DNA of 64,000 bases from Raillietiella orientalis (taxonomy: Eukaryota): the NCBI GenBank assembly GCA_036172245.1, contig JAYWIR010000085.1, forward strand, positions 62,001 to 126,000. The letters are read 5' to 3'. The position numbers and the translations under genes were made by a program. A model generated the notes under the pieces. It worked only from the letters and a program-made list of their open reading frames with translations, had not been told where the DNA came from and made no database searches. Position 1 is the stretch's first letter. The number at the start of each line of letters is the position of its first letter. Shown piece by piece: positions 52,135 to 64,000 of this stretch.

Positions 52135-54738
52135 CTAATTTCTACTGTTCATGGGAATAGATGAAGTTTTCTCAGAAGTGCCTTTCTGTGGCTCCCCATT
52201 TTCATTTGTGTTTGAATCTTGATCATCTGAGAGACTGCAGTTGGATTTGCCTCTCTCTTTACGAAGAATCATGTAATCTTGAATCACAGCCTTGAAGACA
52301 ACTTCACTTGTGTTTCTACCAACGAAGTAGAGCAATAGGAAATCAAAAAAGTCCATGTCTTTGAACATATGCGGTTGCGACTCTTTGTCTGTTGAGGGTT
52401 TCGTGTATGGATATGAGAAATAAAAAACGTATTCTCGGAACCATGGGGAGCACCACTGTATAAATCGTAAAATGATGAAGGATGTCATCATGAGGAAAAG
52501 CAAGCACAACCAAAACCACATAAACACATAAATTTTTTCATTCAGGATGTTTACAGGAAGCAGGCAGAGAGTCCCGAAGGTTCCAATATTTCCGTCCCTC
52601 AAAAAAGCCTGATAATTACATTTGGCCAGTCTTGGAAAGAGAATTGCCATTGGATTGGCCCTCCCGTTGTCTTCCTTTAGCCAACGGATGACTTCTATCC
52701 CGAAGGTCAAAAACCTTCCGTCCAAATGGTAGTCGGTCCACAAAATTTCACCTGTATGCAAAATACAGTTATAGAAAAGCTCCCCAAGTATTTAAATGAG
52801 CTCAAGTTCGGCTGAATGGCGTTTGAGGACCTGACCTCGTGACGTAAGCTTTACATTCTCATTACAGGGAAAACGGATCATTGAGGACAAAGCAGGGTGT
52901 GAGTCTCTTAAGGGTTATCCGGCTGAAAACAGCTGTGAGCACTTACACACCCCTTAGCAGAAAGGGCGTTTTCAGATGCATGCAATCCCAATGCATCCTC
53001 ACACCGGTTAATCCTCGCATCTTCACTCATGAATTGCTGGGAAACCGCGGTACGGTTCAGTACGGATTTCGGCCTGCGCTGCATGTAATTTTCCCCACAT
53101 GAAGTCACTTCAAAAAGCTTCCCCTACTCGCGCACCTGGCTCGAATTGGCTCCCTTGCGGCGCTTTCGATATTGTGACACCATTCATTGTTATTGATTAC
53201 GCGTATGTGACAGTCCCGTAATGACGCAAGGCTACCAGTGACACGGATGAGCAAGTGCTTTGCTATTACTGCTACATTCTCTACAGGTGACATCAACGGA
53301 GCTTTGAGACGTCACCATTCGATGTGACCACCATTGTACTGACTTACCGTAAATGAGGAAACAGCAGAGTATCTCACAGTACAAGTACTTTTTCATCCAG
53401 AACTTGTTGGAGCCTTCCATGTTGAACAGCCGAAGTGCTGCCTCGTTCTTAATAAACAGCTGTTGATCCCGCTCCTTGTCGAACAACTTCTCAATCCTTC
53501 CCTTCTCCCATGCTTGCCACAGCCATTTTGGAAAATAGAGCAGGCATCCCTTCGAAACAAGACAAACAATATTAGGAGCATTCAGCTGTTGCAAGTCCGG
53601 GTTGGCGAAACACGAAAACTACAAAATAGTGATAGCGCAACAGCGGAACGACTTGCAAGGAAATTGAACATTAGCGCGATTTTTTTTTTTTTTTTTGAGC
53701 AGTCGAAAACACGCCAAAATTGTTTGTTTGATATCCGTTAAGGCAGTTTAGGAACAAGATAGACGACCTCGCTATTAAGCCAGTATATGGGCACTCATAT
53801 TGAAAACCCATGCACCTGAAGAATGCCTGGTATAAATTCTTACAGTTACCCTGTTCCTTTATGCGATCTGATGGATGGGTATGGAAGCATTTCAATCGGC
53901 ATTCGCGCAAGATGGATATACACAGCCCGCCTCGGAAAGCAGGGTGCTGATTTTCGGATGTTCGTCCTTTGGGTTCCTGCAGGGTTCGTGTGAATTTTCG
54001 AAGAAAAGAAAACATGGCAATGTTTCAGATTCAAATATGTGAAACACAGCACATTGTGTCAGTGAAGGCAACTTGTGCTTCCTTCGTGTGATCAAAAGAA
54101 GAAGAAGAAAAAAAAATGCACTTTGCCCGAACTTCCTTGGGAACCAGTAGTTTTGACAAAATCCCAAAGTCGAAGAGTTGTTTCATCTTTCAACGGCGGT
54201 ATACGCCCCTCAAACTCTGAATTGTTTAGGCAAACAAAATGACAAAGTTGAAGGAAAAAAACCGAGTCCAAGAAACGATACGAATAATCTTGGATTGCTA
54301 GAAAGTGGGAAGAGTTGAATTCCCGTTTGTTGTGCATTGATTTTTATTTGGCGCGTGCATTCTCACAATCGTGATTACCTGCAAAGCTAAAATAATGGAT
54401 ATCCACGGATAATATCCAATGACCACTATTTCTTCATCCTTTCTGTATCCAACAACTCCTAGAAAAGCTCTGGGTTCTTCGGGCTTTTCCCCAAACGCTC
54501 TTGGTACAAGGTAAGTAGACTCCATCCAGCAGTAGGTGTTCAACATGGATTCCGTGAACACATTGTCACTCGTGGTGCACATGATGGAGGAATCGAAATA
54601 GGTTTTCGTGATCACCATGATACTGAACGTCAGATACATAACTGCCGTATAAACACAGCAGATTTGGAACGGTACACTCGTGTTGTGCGACTTTCGCTTC
54701 TTCAAAAAGCACCTGACATTAGATATGACTTGCAGCAT
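52135..54738 (-). CDS. Divergent innexin, 392 aa, 3 exons
   Basis: Exons 54738-54379, 53549-53348 and 52751-52135 are phase-consistent. Motifs: YFDSSIMC, NTYCW, YYPWI, YFPKWLWQAWEKG, FPRLAKC, LCLLPVNILNEKIYVFMWFW. Intron positions match the + strand innexin. Confidence 0.95.
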
Positions 54739-57700
54739 TTTTCAGAGAAGCTCGAGATACGTGAGTAAAGTGCAAAATCGTGCGAATTGACTACCCTAAA
54801 ATTTTACTTTGTTAGTGATTTTTCCAAGGTCTCTTTCTTCGACAAGTGAATAACCACATTTACACCACCCGCGAGATTTTCAAAGCCATGATGAGCACCA
54901 GCACATCCGTGTTTGCGCGCAGCACTTGTGATCGACAAAGACACCCACAATCAAGGGATTATTGACAAGAGCCTGTTTCCTGGGGGTGTTGGCAGCACAA
55001 GAGTGATGTCCATCAAGGCATGCCAAAGGTGCCTTGCAAAAAAAAAAAACAGCCAAATTCTGCAATGCGTTTACTGAACACCTTGAAGCATTCTGAATAC
55101 CATTCGCGCGTGAAACAGGCAATCGGCGTGACCATTCCCAAAGTGTGTTTCTGGCCGCACAAAACGGAATCGTCGGAAACGGGCAGCACACATCACCCAC
55201 ACTATCTTGCACACACACAACACCCTCTGCCAGGCACACTGGCCAAACAACACCCTCACTGCCTATCAATTCAAGTGTCAGATGGTAACTTATATGGCCG
55301 GACGATCGAAACGCGATTCATTGTGAAACAAGAAACGACTCGGCCAAAGGTCAAGAAAGACTAGCCATAGCCGCGGCTCTCCCCAGGATACTTTGACGTT
55401 ACTTTACACTGCCCGTCGAACAATGAGGCGGCACTATCAGCTTGCTGGTGTTGTGAAGTCTTGCCCGACTCTTCGCACCGGATCTGGACTTTTCCCGATG
55501 CGCCCGCACGCGACCGGACGAAACTCCCCGCTCACCAGGTGTGCCGCGGCCCTCTCACGCTTCGGGACCTTTAAGGACGCCTGGGAGGTGTGGACCTCGG
55601 TCATTTTTGCGAGGCTTTCAGAAAACACAAGAACACGTGACTTCTTTACGTCAGTCTTCCAGATCCACCTATCATGAAAATAGGAAATATACCATGTGGG
55701 GAAAAGGAGGAGGAAGAGGAGAGACGGTGGCATGTGCGCTGTGGGAAGGTCAAATTTCATTTCAACCCAGAGCTGGGGATCACCTCGTCCACATCCGCTG
55801 ACGGCAAGAGAAGCGAAGCATGGAGCGTGGACCCCTCTACATTCGCTCTGGGGGCAATTGGACGTGGAACCACCGTTCGATGTGGGACCTGCTCCAGCAA
55901 GGACGGAGGCCCTCAGGCGTCGGAGAGGGGCAGCACGGTCCTGTTCAGAGCAAGGCTTGCAGCATCTTGAGCCCACAGGGGGTGGCCATCTCACCCCCAC
56001 TCCGCGGGTCCTGGAAAGATGGCAGCAGAGGAAGAAGCTCTCGTTCAGGACAACGCAGCAATGGTGAGAAGGAATCCTTCCGCTCCCCGCATTTCGCAGC
56101 ACGTGCCGAGTCCTCTCTCCATGGTCATACACTCTCGCTTGGCAGCTTTCCGGAACGTTGGGGTAGCTCGGCATCTCCCCTCCCTCGAAATGAACTAGCG
56201 GCCTGCAGCCCAGAGGAACGAAGGCGAGGAGAGCCGGTGGCAACAAACTCTCAAGGTCGCATCACATCCGCCCGCGCCCGCTCTTGCTGGCAACTCCTGC
56301 GGACGAGCTGCACTCTTGATGAAAAGAAAAGGAAGATCTGGGTAGGACGCAGTGTCTGGTCTTGTCAATCGGTGCGGATCGCAGTAGCTGGAAGCTTGCG
56401 ATCCCCTGTTCGATCGATCGTTGCCGTGGTCACCCGCCGCAGCCACGAGGGTGGGCGGGACGTCGTCCGAAAGCCTCTAGGAAAACCCGCCTCGCCGTGG
56501 AAACGGTGTAACCTGACCCTCACTACCTCCATCATCTAATGGCGCTGCCCACCCCACCGTCGCGGAACGCGGGAATTCCGTAGCATGGAAGGGTGCTCGC
56601 TAGGTCTCAAGACTGTCTGCGTTGGCGGCCGTGTAGCTGCGGCCTCCAAGCGTTACGGGTTCGAATCCTATACCGGGAAGAATCGACGCCGAGAACGGGG
56701 AAGCGCGTCAAGGGCTTCGAGTCCCTCACACACACCCCTTTTTCCCTCCAGGATGACACTGATTCGGGTGTGGCACTGATAGGAGCCGGAAACTGGATGC
56801 CTCCGTTGACTGGACGGGATTGGAAGTGGACCCTCCGGGTTCCTTCCAGGAATCCAGGAACCAGTTCCCTTTAGGGTTCCCCTCCGATCGTTCAAATGGA
56901 ACCGTTCCTCTCTCTCAAGAGGGACCTCGTACCATGGAGGAGCTGATTGGCTGATACCTTTCCAGATTGGGAAAAAGCGCGCTGCTCCCTTCGGGGAGCG
57001 TCCCTTCGGGATTCTCTTCAGAGGAGGAAGCAAAGAGTGGGTTTCCTTGCGGATGGAATTCCCTCTGGAGGAGTTTCAGAGCGAATGCTTTCCAGGTTCC
57101 CTTCGGAGAAGAAACAATAGAGCGACTTCCTCCGGGGGTCTCTCCGGAGAGAATAAGGAAGATTCCCTTCGGAGACAACCGGGGTAAAAGGATTCATTCC
57201 CTTCGGTGTTTCCTCCCAGGCGTGAGAGATGAGCGGACTCCTTCCTCTGGAATCCCTTCTGGATTCATAGGTCGGTCCCCTCCCGGGTACCTCGTACCAC
57301 TTCAAGAGTCACACGCACCCTCGGGTGGCGTGGAACAGAGTTAAAGACCAACCTCCCCCCGTAAGGAAGCGGCCGGTTCTTCAGCTTTTGGAGAACCAAA
57401 AAACAAAACAAAACCCTGAAATGGAAAAAAAATTGGAAGGAAAACAGGGAGACAGAAGAATCCAGATGGATTTCCACCATCCACGACCAATAGGTCGCCA
57501 CTGGCCTTGTTTTAAAAAATAAATAAGTAAAATAAATAGCAGGAGTGTAGAGCCCTCTTCTGGAGCTTCGCAGCGCTGTCAGTTTCTCCCCGAGCGTGCC
57601 TGCAAAAGTAGTGATGCGCGGTCCGCCAAAGTTGCTGAGCCGCGTGTGCAGCGGTTAGGGCTCGTCAACCCACTTGGATGCCGACCCTCGAATGCTCCCG

Positions 57701-57746
57701 GTCTCCACGCACGCCCGCACACGTGGCCGCGACGGTCCATCCACTC

Positions 57747-57784
57747 GTGGTGACAAAAAGACTGAGCAGTCTTTTTGTCACCAC
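57747..57784. repeat. Perfect 18-bp inverted repeat with 2-nt spacer
   Basis: GTGGTGACAAAAAGACTG-ag-CAGTCTTTTTGTCACCAC. Confidence 0.95.
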
Positions 57785-60700
57785 CTCTTCCTCTTCAGCA
57801 CCTTTGTGGTGCTGAAGATACGAGTGCTCCAATACTCTCCGAGTGCACCTCCCGCCAGTCCGCTTAAACCGGGAGAGCAAAGACCCCGCAAAATTGCAAT
57901 CCAGAATCCCATATGTTTGCTTTTTTTCTCTCCCTCCCTCCCTCTCTCCCTTGGAAGTCACCAGAGCGTTGCCACTCACGCTGAGGAAAATCATCAGGTT
58001 TCTTCCGGAAGACAGCTATGCCGAGACGATCGATCATCTTTGCAATGAAGGGATACTGGCTGCAGATCTCCACTCAGCCTCGGTTGATACCTTAGCACCC
58101 TTCGGAAAAAGGAAGATGAATTTCGAGGGATTTTTGTTTGTTTTGAGGATCCTCGCGACGATAGCGGCAGAGCTTTGCAGCAACTGATAAATTACACGAG
58201 TGAGCGTGGGTTTCCTGGAAGTCCCCATTCCGAAGGGCCTGCGCAGGTACCGCTCCATCATTTATTATTCATTCCCAGCAACGGGACCTTCGCGTTTCGA
58301 TCTGGGACGATGCACACGCGGCCGTTGCTGTTTTCCTTGCAGCGGGGAGCTTTTCAGGATTCGCGGAAACGACGCCACTCCTACTCCTACTACGGCTCCA
58401 TTCTTGCTCAGTTTCCCGGATGTCCAATGACGGAACGCCCATCCGATTTCGAGCATCGTTTGCTCCGCACGGGAGATGAAAGCTTTTCAAAAGCTGTCCC
58501 CGGTGTCCCTGCCGGCCACATGCGACGCGGGGAGCGACGAAGACGCACACGCAAAACACGGAGGGGTTTCTTGCCTTTCGTGTTGTGCACGAGACGCGTT
58601 CCTGCACCGCAGAGCCTGCATCTGGAGACGAATACGACAGCTTGACCTTCTTGGGATTCCTCCGAGTGCTCACCTGGAGCGGGCTGAACTGGAGTCCGGG
58701 CCGAGGCTTTCGAGCGCCGGCCAGGCGCTCGGCAGATCCAAACACAACCCGCTGGGCGTGCGACGCACGTGTTCCCGTGGCTGCCGATCCCCATCGCCGA
58801 GTTCCCCCCCTCCCGTTCCATGTCTTCCTAAAGCACGCCGGTGTGAAGTTCTTGGACCGTTTCCAGGATCGGATGCCCGCGACCGTTGCCTATCAGAGTT
58901 GAAATGCCGGCGCGCCATTCGCGGGCAGGCCGCGTTCAAACTTTCGCAGCTCGACGCGTGGCGATCCTTGGGAGCGAGCCGGGCGGGGATCCGAAAAAAA
59001 CCTCGCAAAACATAGACCGGATGAAATGATATCCCGTAATTCGAACACGTGAGAAGGGACAATCGGATAAATGCGGTTCTTGGGCAAGGATTCGCGCCGA
59101 AAGCCCGAGGTCGGTTCCGCCCCTTCCTCCACTTGCACGCACAGGCAGGAGAAATGCTCAAATGGGAAAACAAAGGTCTGCCGATCAAAGACGTGCCCCA
59201 TGACCTGCCAAAATCGAATCACATCGGCGAAGAAAATTCCGTTGGGTGCAAAGCCATCGAGGCCTGGCTTTCCTTCCGGTACGAATGCGTGGCAAACGGA
59301 GGGCAGAAAGGCTACAATGATGACGAGGACCCAGGTCACAAGATGATCCTTCGGCTGACTTCTGGAGCCGCGCGGTGCTACCCGCCATATATGATTTGTA
59401 AAAAGTGAAAATACGCAATTGTGAAGACGTTCTTATACTCTCATTTAATGTATTCAGGACAGAAGGACGGAATTCCAGTAACCGCAAATTACTTTCTTGA
59501 TTGCTTGCATCGCGACCGAGATTTTCCTGGGAACACTGGAAGACTGCAGATCTTCCGATCCCAGCTGCCCGTAGCCATTGAAACCCCAACTCCATAATGT
59601 TCCAGAACCTAGAAAAACAAAACAAAACACGATTGCAGCATAAGATCAAAAAAAAAAAAAAAAAAAAAAAACAAAGCATGAAAATGCATACAAAGCGGAT
59701 GAAAGTACCAACCAGAACACGTCGCAACACCAAAGCACTATTTTTTCCGTTTCGTTTACCGTCCCGCCGAAATCAGTCTTAATAATTCATATAATGCTTA
59801 CGTATCGAATTATTAAAAGCGACGGTCTACGTTCGATGTGGGATGGAATGCAGATCTCCATCCTTAGTATCGGCACTCATCGATGCCGAGCAATCGATCC
59901 AGGAATGTACACCTCATGTGTGTACAGAGAGAGGATGCCCCCATGTGTAAGGGAAATGTCCTTTTATGCTTGATCGGCGGAAGGAACACAGTGCGACTCC
60001 TCTCAAACGTATCTAGACCAACATCCCCAACGGGATCCAACATGGAAGACTCACGGTGCAGCATGCCAGAACCATCGTGAGAAACACCACCAAGGTGTGC
60101 GGGCAACGGTGGCAGCACAGAAGTCACAGCCGAAGGCGCCTAGCGTGCGTGGGTTGAGGGAACGGAAAGCAAGGAGGCTTGCAGTTTTCCCCGAAATGCA
60201 ACATCTGGAAAGTGGTGCCCGTTTTCGCGCCAGTGTTCGGAACCCTACAGAAAACACCGCGCCCTCGTGGGACCGACTGGCGGTGGCGCCGGCGGAGACG
60301 AGTGAGCAGATCCGTCGTACGTTTTCGTGTCCATTACAGCGTGTCCGATACACCCCGAAGGAAGAAAAAACAAGGTGTTTCGCACACACACCCCTCGAAG
60401 AAAACACACGTACTGTGAGACTCTCGCACTTTCTGTTATGCTTGCTCGGAACGCTCGCCCAAGGAAAAGGTGAAACGATTCCGTCAGCCTAATTTTTTTT
60501 TTTTGGAAAAAAAAAAAAAAAAAAAAAAACGTCCAACTGGAAAAGTTGATCTCATTCTCAAGATTTCCGGTGAAACTCCGAATCCCCGACTGTTCATCCC
60601 CGAAAAATGAAATCTAAAACTATGGAGACGAGAAGTTTTTGCTTAAAAAGAACTTCGCGCCACATGGGGCCACGGAGTAATTCCGGAATTCGAAATACCC

Positions 60701-61791
60701 TTATGCTGATATTAATAAATAAAATAGACTGCACTTGGGTGTATGGAAAAAGCCTCTAAAACTGCATGCTGGGCTCTCCGAAGGAAATGAAACGGTGAGT
60801 ACTGGATCTGCACATCGCGTTCATTAAGATTCCCCGGAGGCTGGAGAGATGAAGGACCACTGACGACTGCGCCCGAACCCAAACGCCAACCTCGGCGAAT
60901 CACACCAGTGCTGCTCTTGCACGTTATGATAAAGGAAATAAACGGAATTGGGATAAATCTTATTTACTGGCATTACGATTATTGTGGGGGGCCAGAACCG
61001 GTTCAAACTTTGACCTTAAGCCATCTCCACTGGGTTCGCATCCACAGTATAAAGCACATGGAAGGAAAGATTTTAAATCGAAGTGTTCCCGTGAGTAACA
61101 CGCACTTTGACAAGACCCTAACTTCACCTTTATCACCTTTTGAGATGGCCTCATTTTCTTCATTTCTGGCCAAATTAAGGGGAACAATATTAGCAATCTA
61201 CCAAATCTGCATGGACTGTGTCAACTGATGATTAAAAAAAAAAGAAAAAAGCCCAGAATGTGACCACTCCTCGAAAACACCCCTTGTACCTTCTACACAT
61301 AATAAACACACCTCAAGACCAAACCACCTGCATCACATCCATGCAAGAACATGCATCACGTCATTTATACATAGTCTCTGAAATAATACTGTGTACACTG
61401 CAACAGTTAATGAGTATCAAATACAAGCATCATGAAGGTTTGCAAATTAATATAACAAACAAGGTTTTCACTGTTTTTTTAAAGTGTTTAGTGTTTTGCT
61501 TCTTCATGTTCTCACAGGCACATTCATCATCTATTGAGAAAATTATGCATAAATGAAAGAAATGATGAACATGGAATTTTCGTCAATCACAGAGATATGG
61601 AAATGTGAAAAGGCCCAGCCAACAAACAAAAAACAGATTTCTAAAATTTCCGAATTCAGTTCTAGTTTCAAACTTCAGAATCTTTTTGTGACTTATAAAT
61701 ACAACATCAAAGGGTTTTATTATTTGATAACAACAAGAGTACAAAAATTAGTATCAAACACACACAAAAAGAGAGAGATCCAGTTACTCAC

Positions 61792-62817
61792 TTTCAAGGG
61801 CCATGGTGTGTCTTGAACCACAACTGACACAAATAAAACTTGTATCAAGATCCCAGAAATCCAATAACACAGGCTCAAAGCAAATAGATGGATATGCAGA
61901 ATCATTTTCAGATCCAGACTTTATTCCAAGTTGGCCTGATTCATTCCATCCCCACACATATATATCTCCACTATCACTGAGTGCAGTGCAATGCCAAAAT
62001 CCACATGATATGGTGATAATCTGAATACCTGCTAAAGCCTCTACCATAATAGGGTCTATGCTATTTAGTAAGCCACCTAATCCTAATTGTCCTCGACTGA
62101 AATTGGTTTACAACAGTTGCTGCACCTGTCTACCTTCCATTTCCCATTGAAAACACTATTCCTTGTAGAGTAAGTAAAAGTGTGTGCTCAACACCACAGC
62201 ATAGTTGTGATACTTGATGTGGAAAAGGAAACAGAACTGGCAAGGAGTAAACATACCCATCTAAAAAAAAACCACTTACATACTTAAATCGACTGAAAGC
62301 ACATGACTACCTTGTGTGAGCATGTATGACTGGTGCTGGGTAAAATCTAGAGATTTTATGTGTACTTTTTCCACTGAGTCGGCAATTATGACTGCTTTCC
62401 AAGTTCCTCTCTCATGCTTGTACAACATGTGATCTGCATAACATAAAATCATATCTTCTTTAGAGTTCACGTGAGTTGCTTTCTGAACCAACTCTGTCTT
62501 CGCCAGGGAGGCATGTTTTCCTTTTATACGAATGGCAATTTGCCTTTGCTCATCTTTAGATAATATCTGACATTAGAGTACGAAAAGAAGCAACATGCAC
62601 ACAAAATTTTCAAAATACGAAAATGATATTTAAAATAATGTGAAAAGCAATGATTACCACTGGTGGGTGTGTTTTCGCATATGAATAATGAACTCCATGT
62701 TATCATGACATCTGAGGCATCATTCGCATTTTCAATTTGAATGAATTTGGTTACACAGGCGGGCTCACTATCACTTAATTGCTTGAATCTATTAAACCCA
62801 CAAGCAAACAGCACCAT
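61792..62817 (-). CDS. RCCD1: RCC1 domain-containing protein (RCCD1-like), 3' end unresolved
   Basis: Exons 62817-62658, ~62553-62311, 62260-62134 and 62096-61792. N-terminus is LFACGFNRFKQL. RCC1 repeats read CCGVEHTLLLTLQGIVFSMGNGSRGQLG, SCGFWHCTALSDSGDIYVWGWNESGQLG and SCGSRHT. A gtgagt donor follows at 61791. Confidence 0.85.
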
Positions 62818-64000
62818 CACAAGTTATGTGGATACTATTTGTTCCAAATTTCAATTTACTGTACACAAATGAACACTCTGCCTATGCATTCTTACGATGA
62901 TGATGCACATTGTGTGTAAATGTTAAACATACTGAAAATTCATTGCACTTAATTAGGCACAAAAACCTGGTTGGATGCTAAATTTTCACGATATCTTGCA
63001 TTTCTGCTGGCTCGTTTTTCGTAAAATTGTGAGATTTATGCAATGCAGCACTTTACAAAACAAAACAGCAGTACCAAGTCCCCCGTTTTGCGAAGGCATC
63101 CGGCCCCAATCTGTCTGAAGATTCATGGGCCTTAGAATCGAGCTCAGGGGTGGTCTGTTTTTCCTTGCGACTGAAACAGTTCAATTTAGTTTATACGAGC
63201 TTGTTACGGTGAACTTTCAATAAAATCAAGACTGTCTTTCATTCACATAAAAAAATGACTCGCTGTTGAGCGAAACATTATGAGTGACAAATTTCGGGGG
63301 AATGCATGCGAGCCCACTGGTTGTCAAGGGTGTGAACCCCATCACTACCGTATCGGTACGGCCCAAGAAGGAGGATGAGAACTTTAATTACATGGATCTG
63401 GCGTTTTGAATGCCGCCGGAAATTTAGAAGGACTGCAGCATCCGTGCTCAAGAGATGGGAGCGTATTTGGAACGCAACGTCGAGAGTGCACGACATCGAC
63501 GGGCAACCCTTCGTGGGTGACGGTGTGATTGCTCGCCTGCTCACTAGATGTCAGGGCTCGGAACTTGTTGCGTCATTGGCTGAGGATCACTGCTCAACGT
63601 ATCAACGCGGTCGGTTCCCCGCCGCCATCGCGGATCCGTTGCGAGGGACGCGCAGCCACAAGAAAAAAACAGGCTTTACCTGGAAAAATTTCTGGCTCGT
63701 TTGGCGATGCTGCCTTTTTTTTTTTTTGGAATGTGGGCACTGTCTTAAGTTAAGCAGCGAAACTTATCGCGTAAGTCTTAGTTGTGCATGGAAGCTTCAC
63801 TCACTGCCGCGCGTGCATACGAAATGTGCACTACCAAGCAGTTCGAAACTTTCCGAAGACCTTTCCGAAAACTTTCAATCCTCTGTATATTTCATGGGGT
63901 GGAGAACAGGAGTCTCTAAGCATCTCCGCAAATGAGGATACCGCGTACCGTGGGTTGTGCGGCGTGATTTTGATCGGATGCTGATCAGCCTCCCGGTTTT

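Noticed and set aside
56620..56680. tRNA gene suggested by GGTTCGAATCC
   Set aside because: I could not build acceptor, D or anticodon stems. Kept only as a B-box-like motif.
59149..59215. TIL-like peptide KCSNGKTKVCRSKTCPMTCQN
   Set aside because: Only 4 of the 10 TIL cysteines are present and there is no continuation. Probably chance.
60493..60529. T12-GG-A23 fold-back, or a retroposon poly(A) tail
   Set aside because: Homopolymer runs are frequent throughout the window. No TSD or element body was identified.
63375..63935. 186-aa plus-strand ORF at the window end
   Set aside because: It runs through homopolymer tracts, has no recognisable domain, and its context is truncated by the window edge.

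Overview
Eukaryotic, almost certainly arthropod, genomic DNA. It has spliceosomal GT-AG genes with many very short introns (37-69 nt), and most ORFs in the supplied track are spurious. I could build six gene models by hand. (1) A + strand GAPR-1/GLIPR2-like gene with a long low-complexity N-terminus and two tandem CAP/SCP domains (~1.2-22.0 kb). (2) A - strand short-chain dehydrogenase (SDR; 26.8-27.6 kb) that reads like bacterial SDRs and has an inverted, intron-retaining pseudogene fragment ~1.5 kb past its stop codon. (3) A + strand two-pore-domain K+ channel (34.3-41.5 kb). (4, 5) Two convergent, divergent innexin paralogues (45.2-46.3 kb +, 52.1-54.7 kb -). (6) A - strand RCC1-repeat, RCCD1-like gene (61.8-62.8 kb) whose last exon I could not find. 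Notable non-genic structure includes perfect 18-bp and 14-bp inverted repeats and a B-box-preceded, hairpin-dense segment at 56.6-57.3 kb, part of which is bounded by 11-bp direct repeats. I saw no rRNA, complete tRNA, CRISPR array or transposase/RT ORF. All models were made by eye and no database search was run. The best candidate for an undescribed system is the SDR plus its inverted copy, a possible fold-back dsRNA locus.
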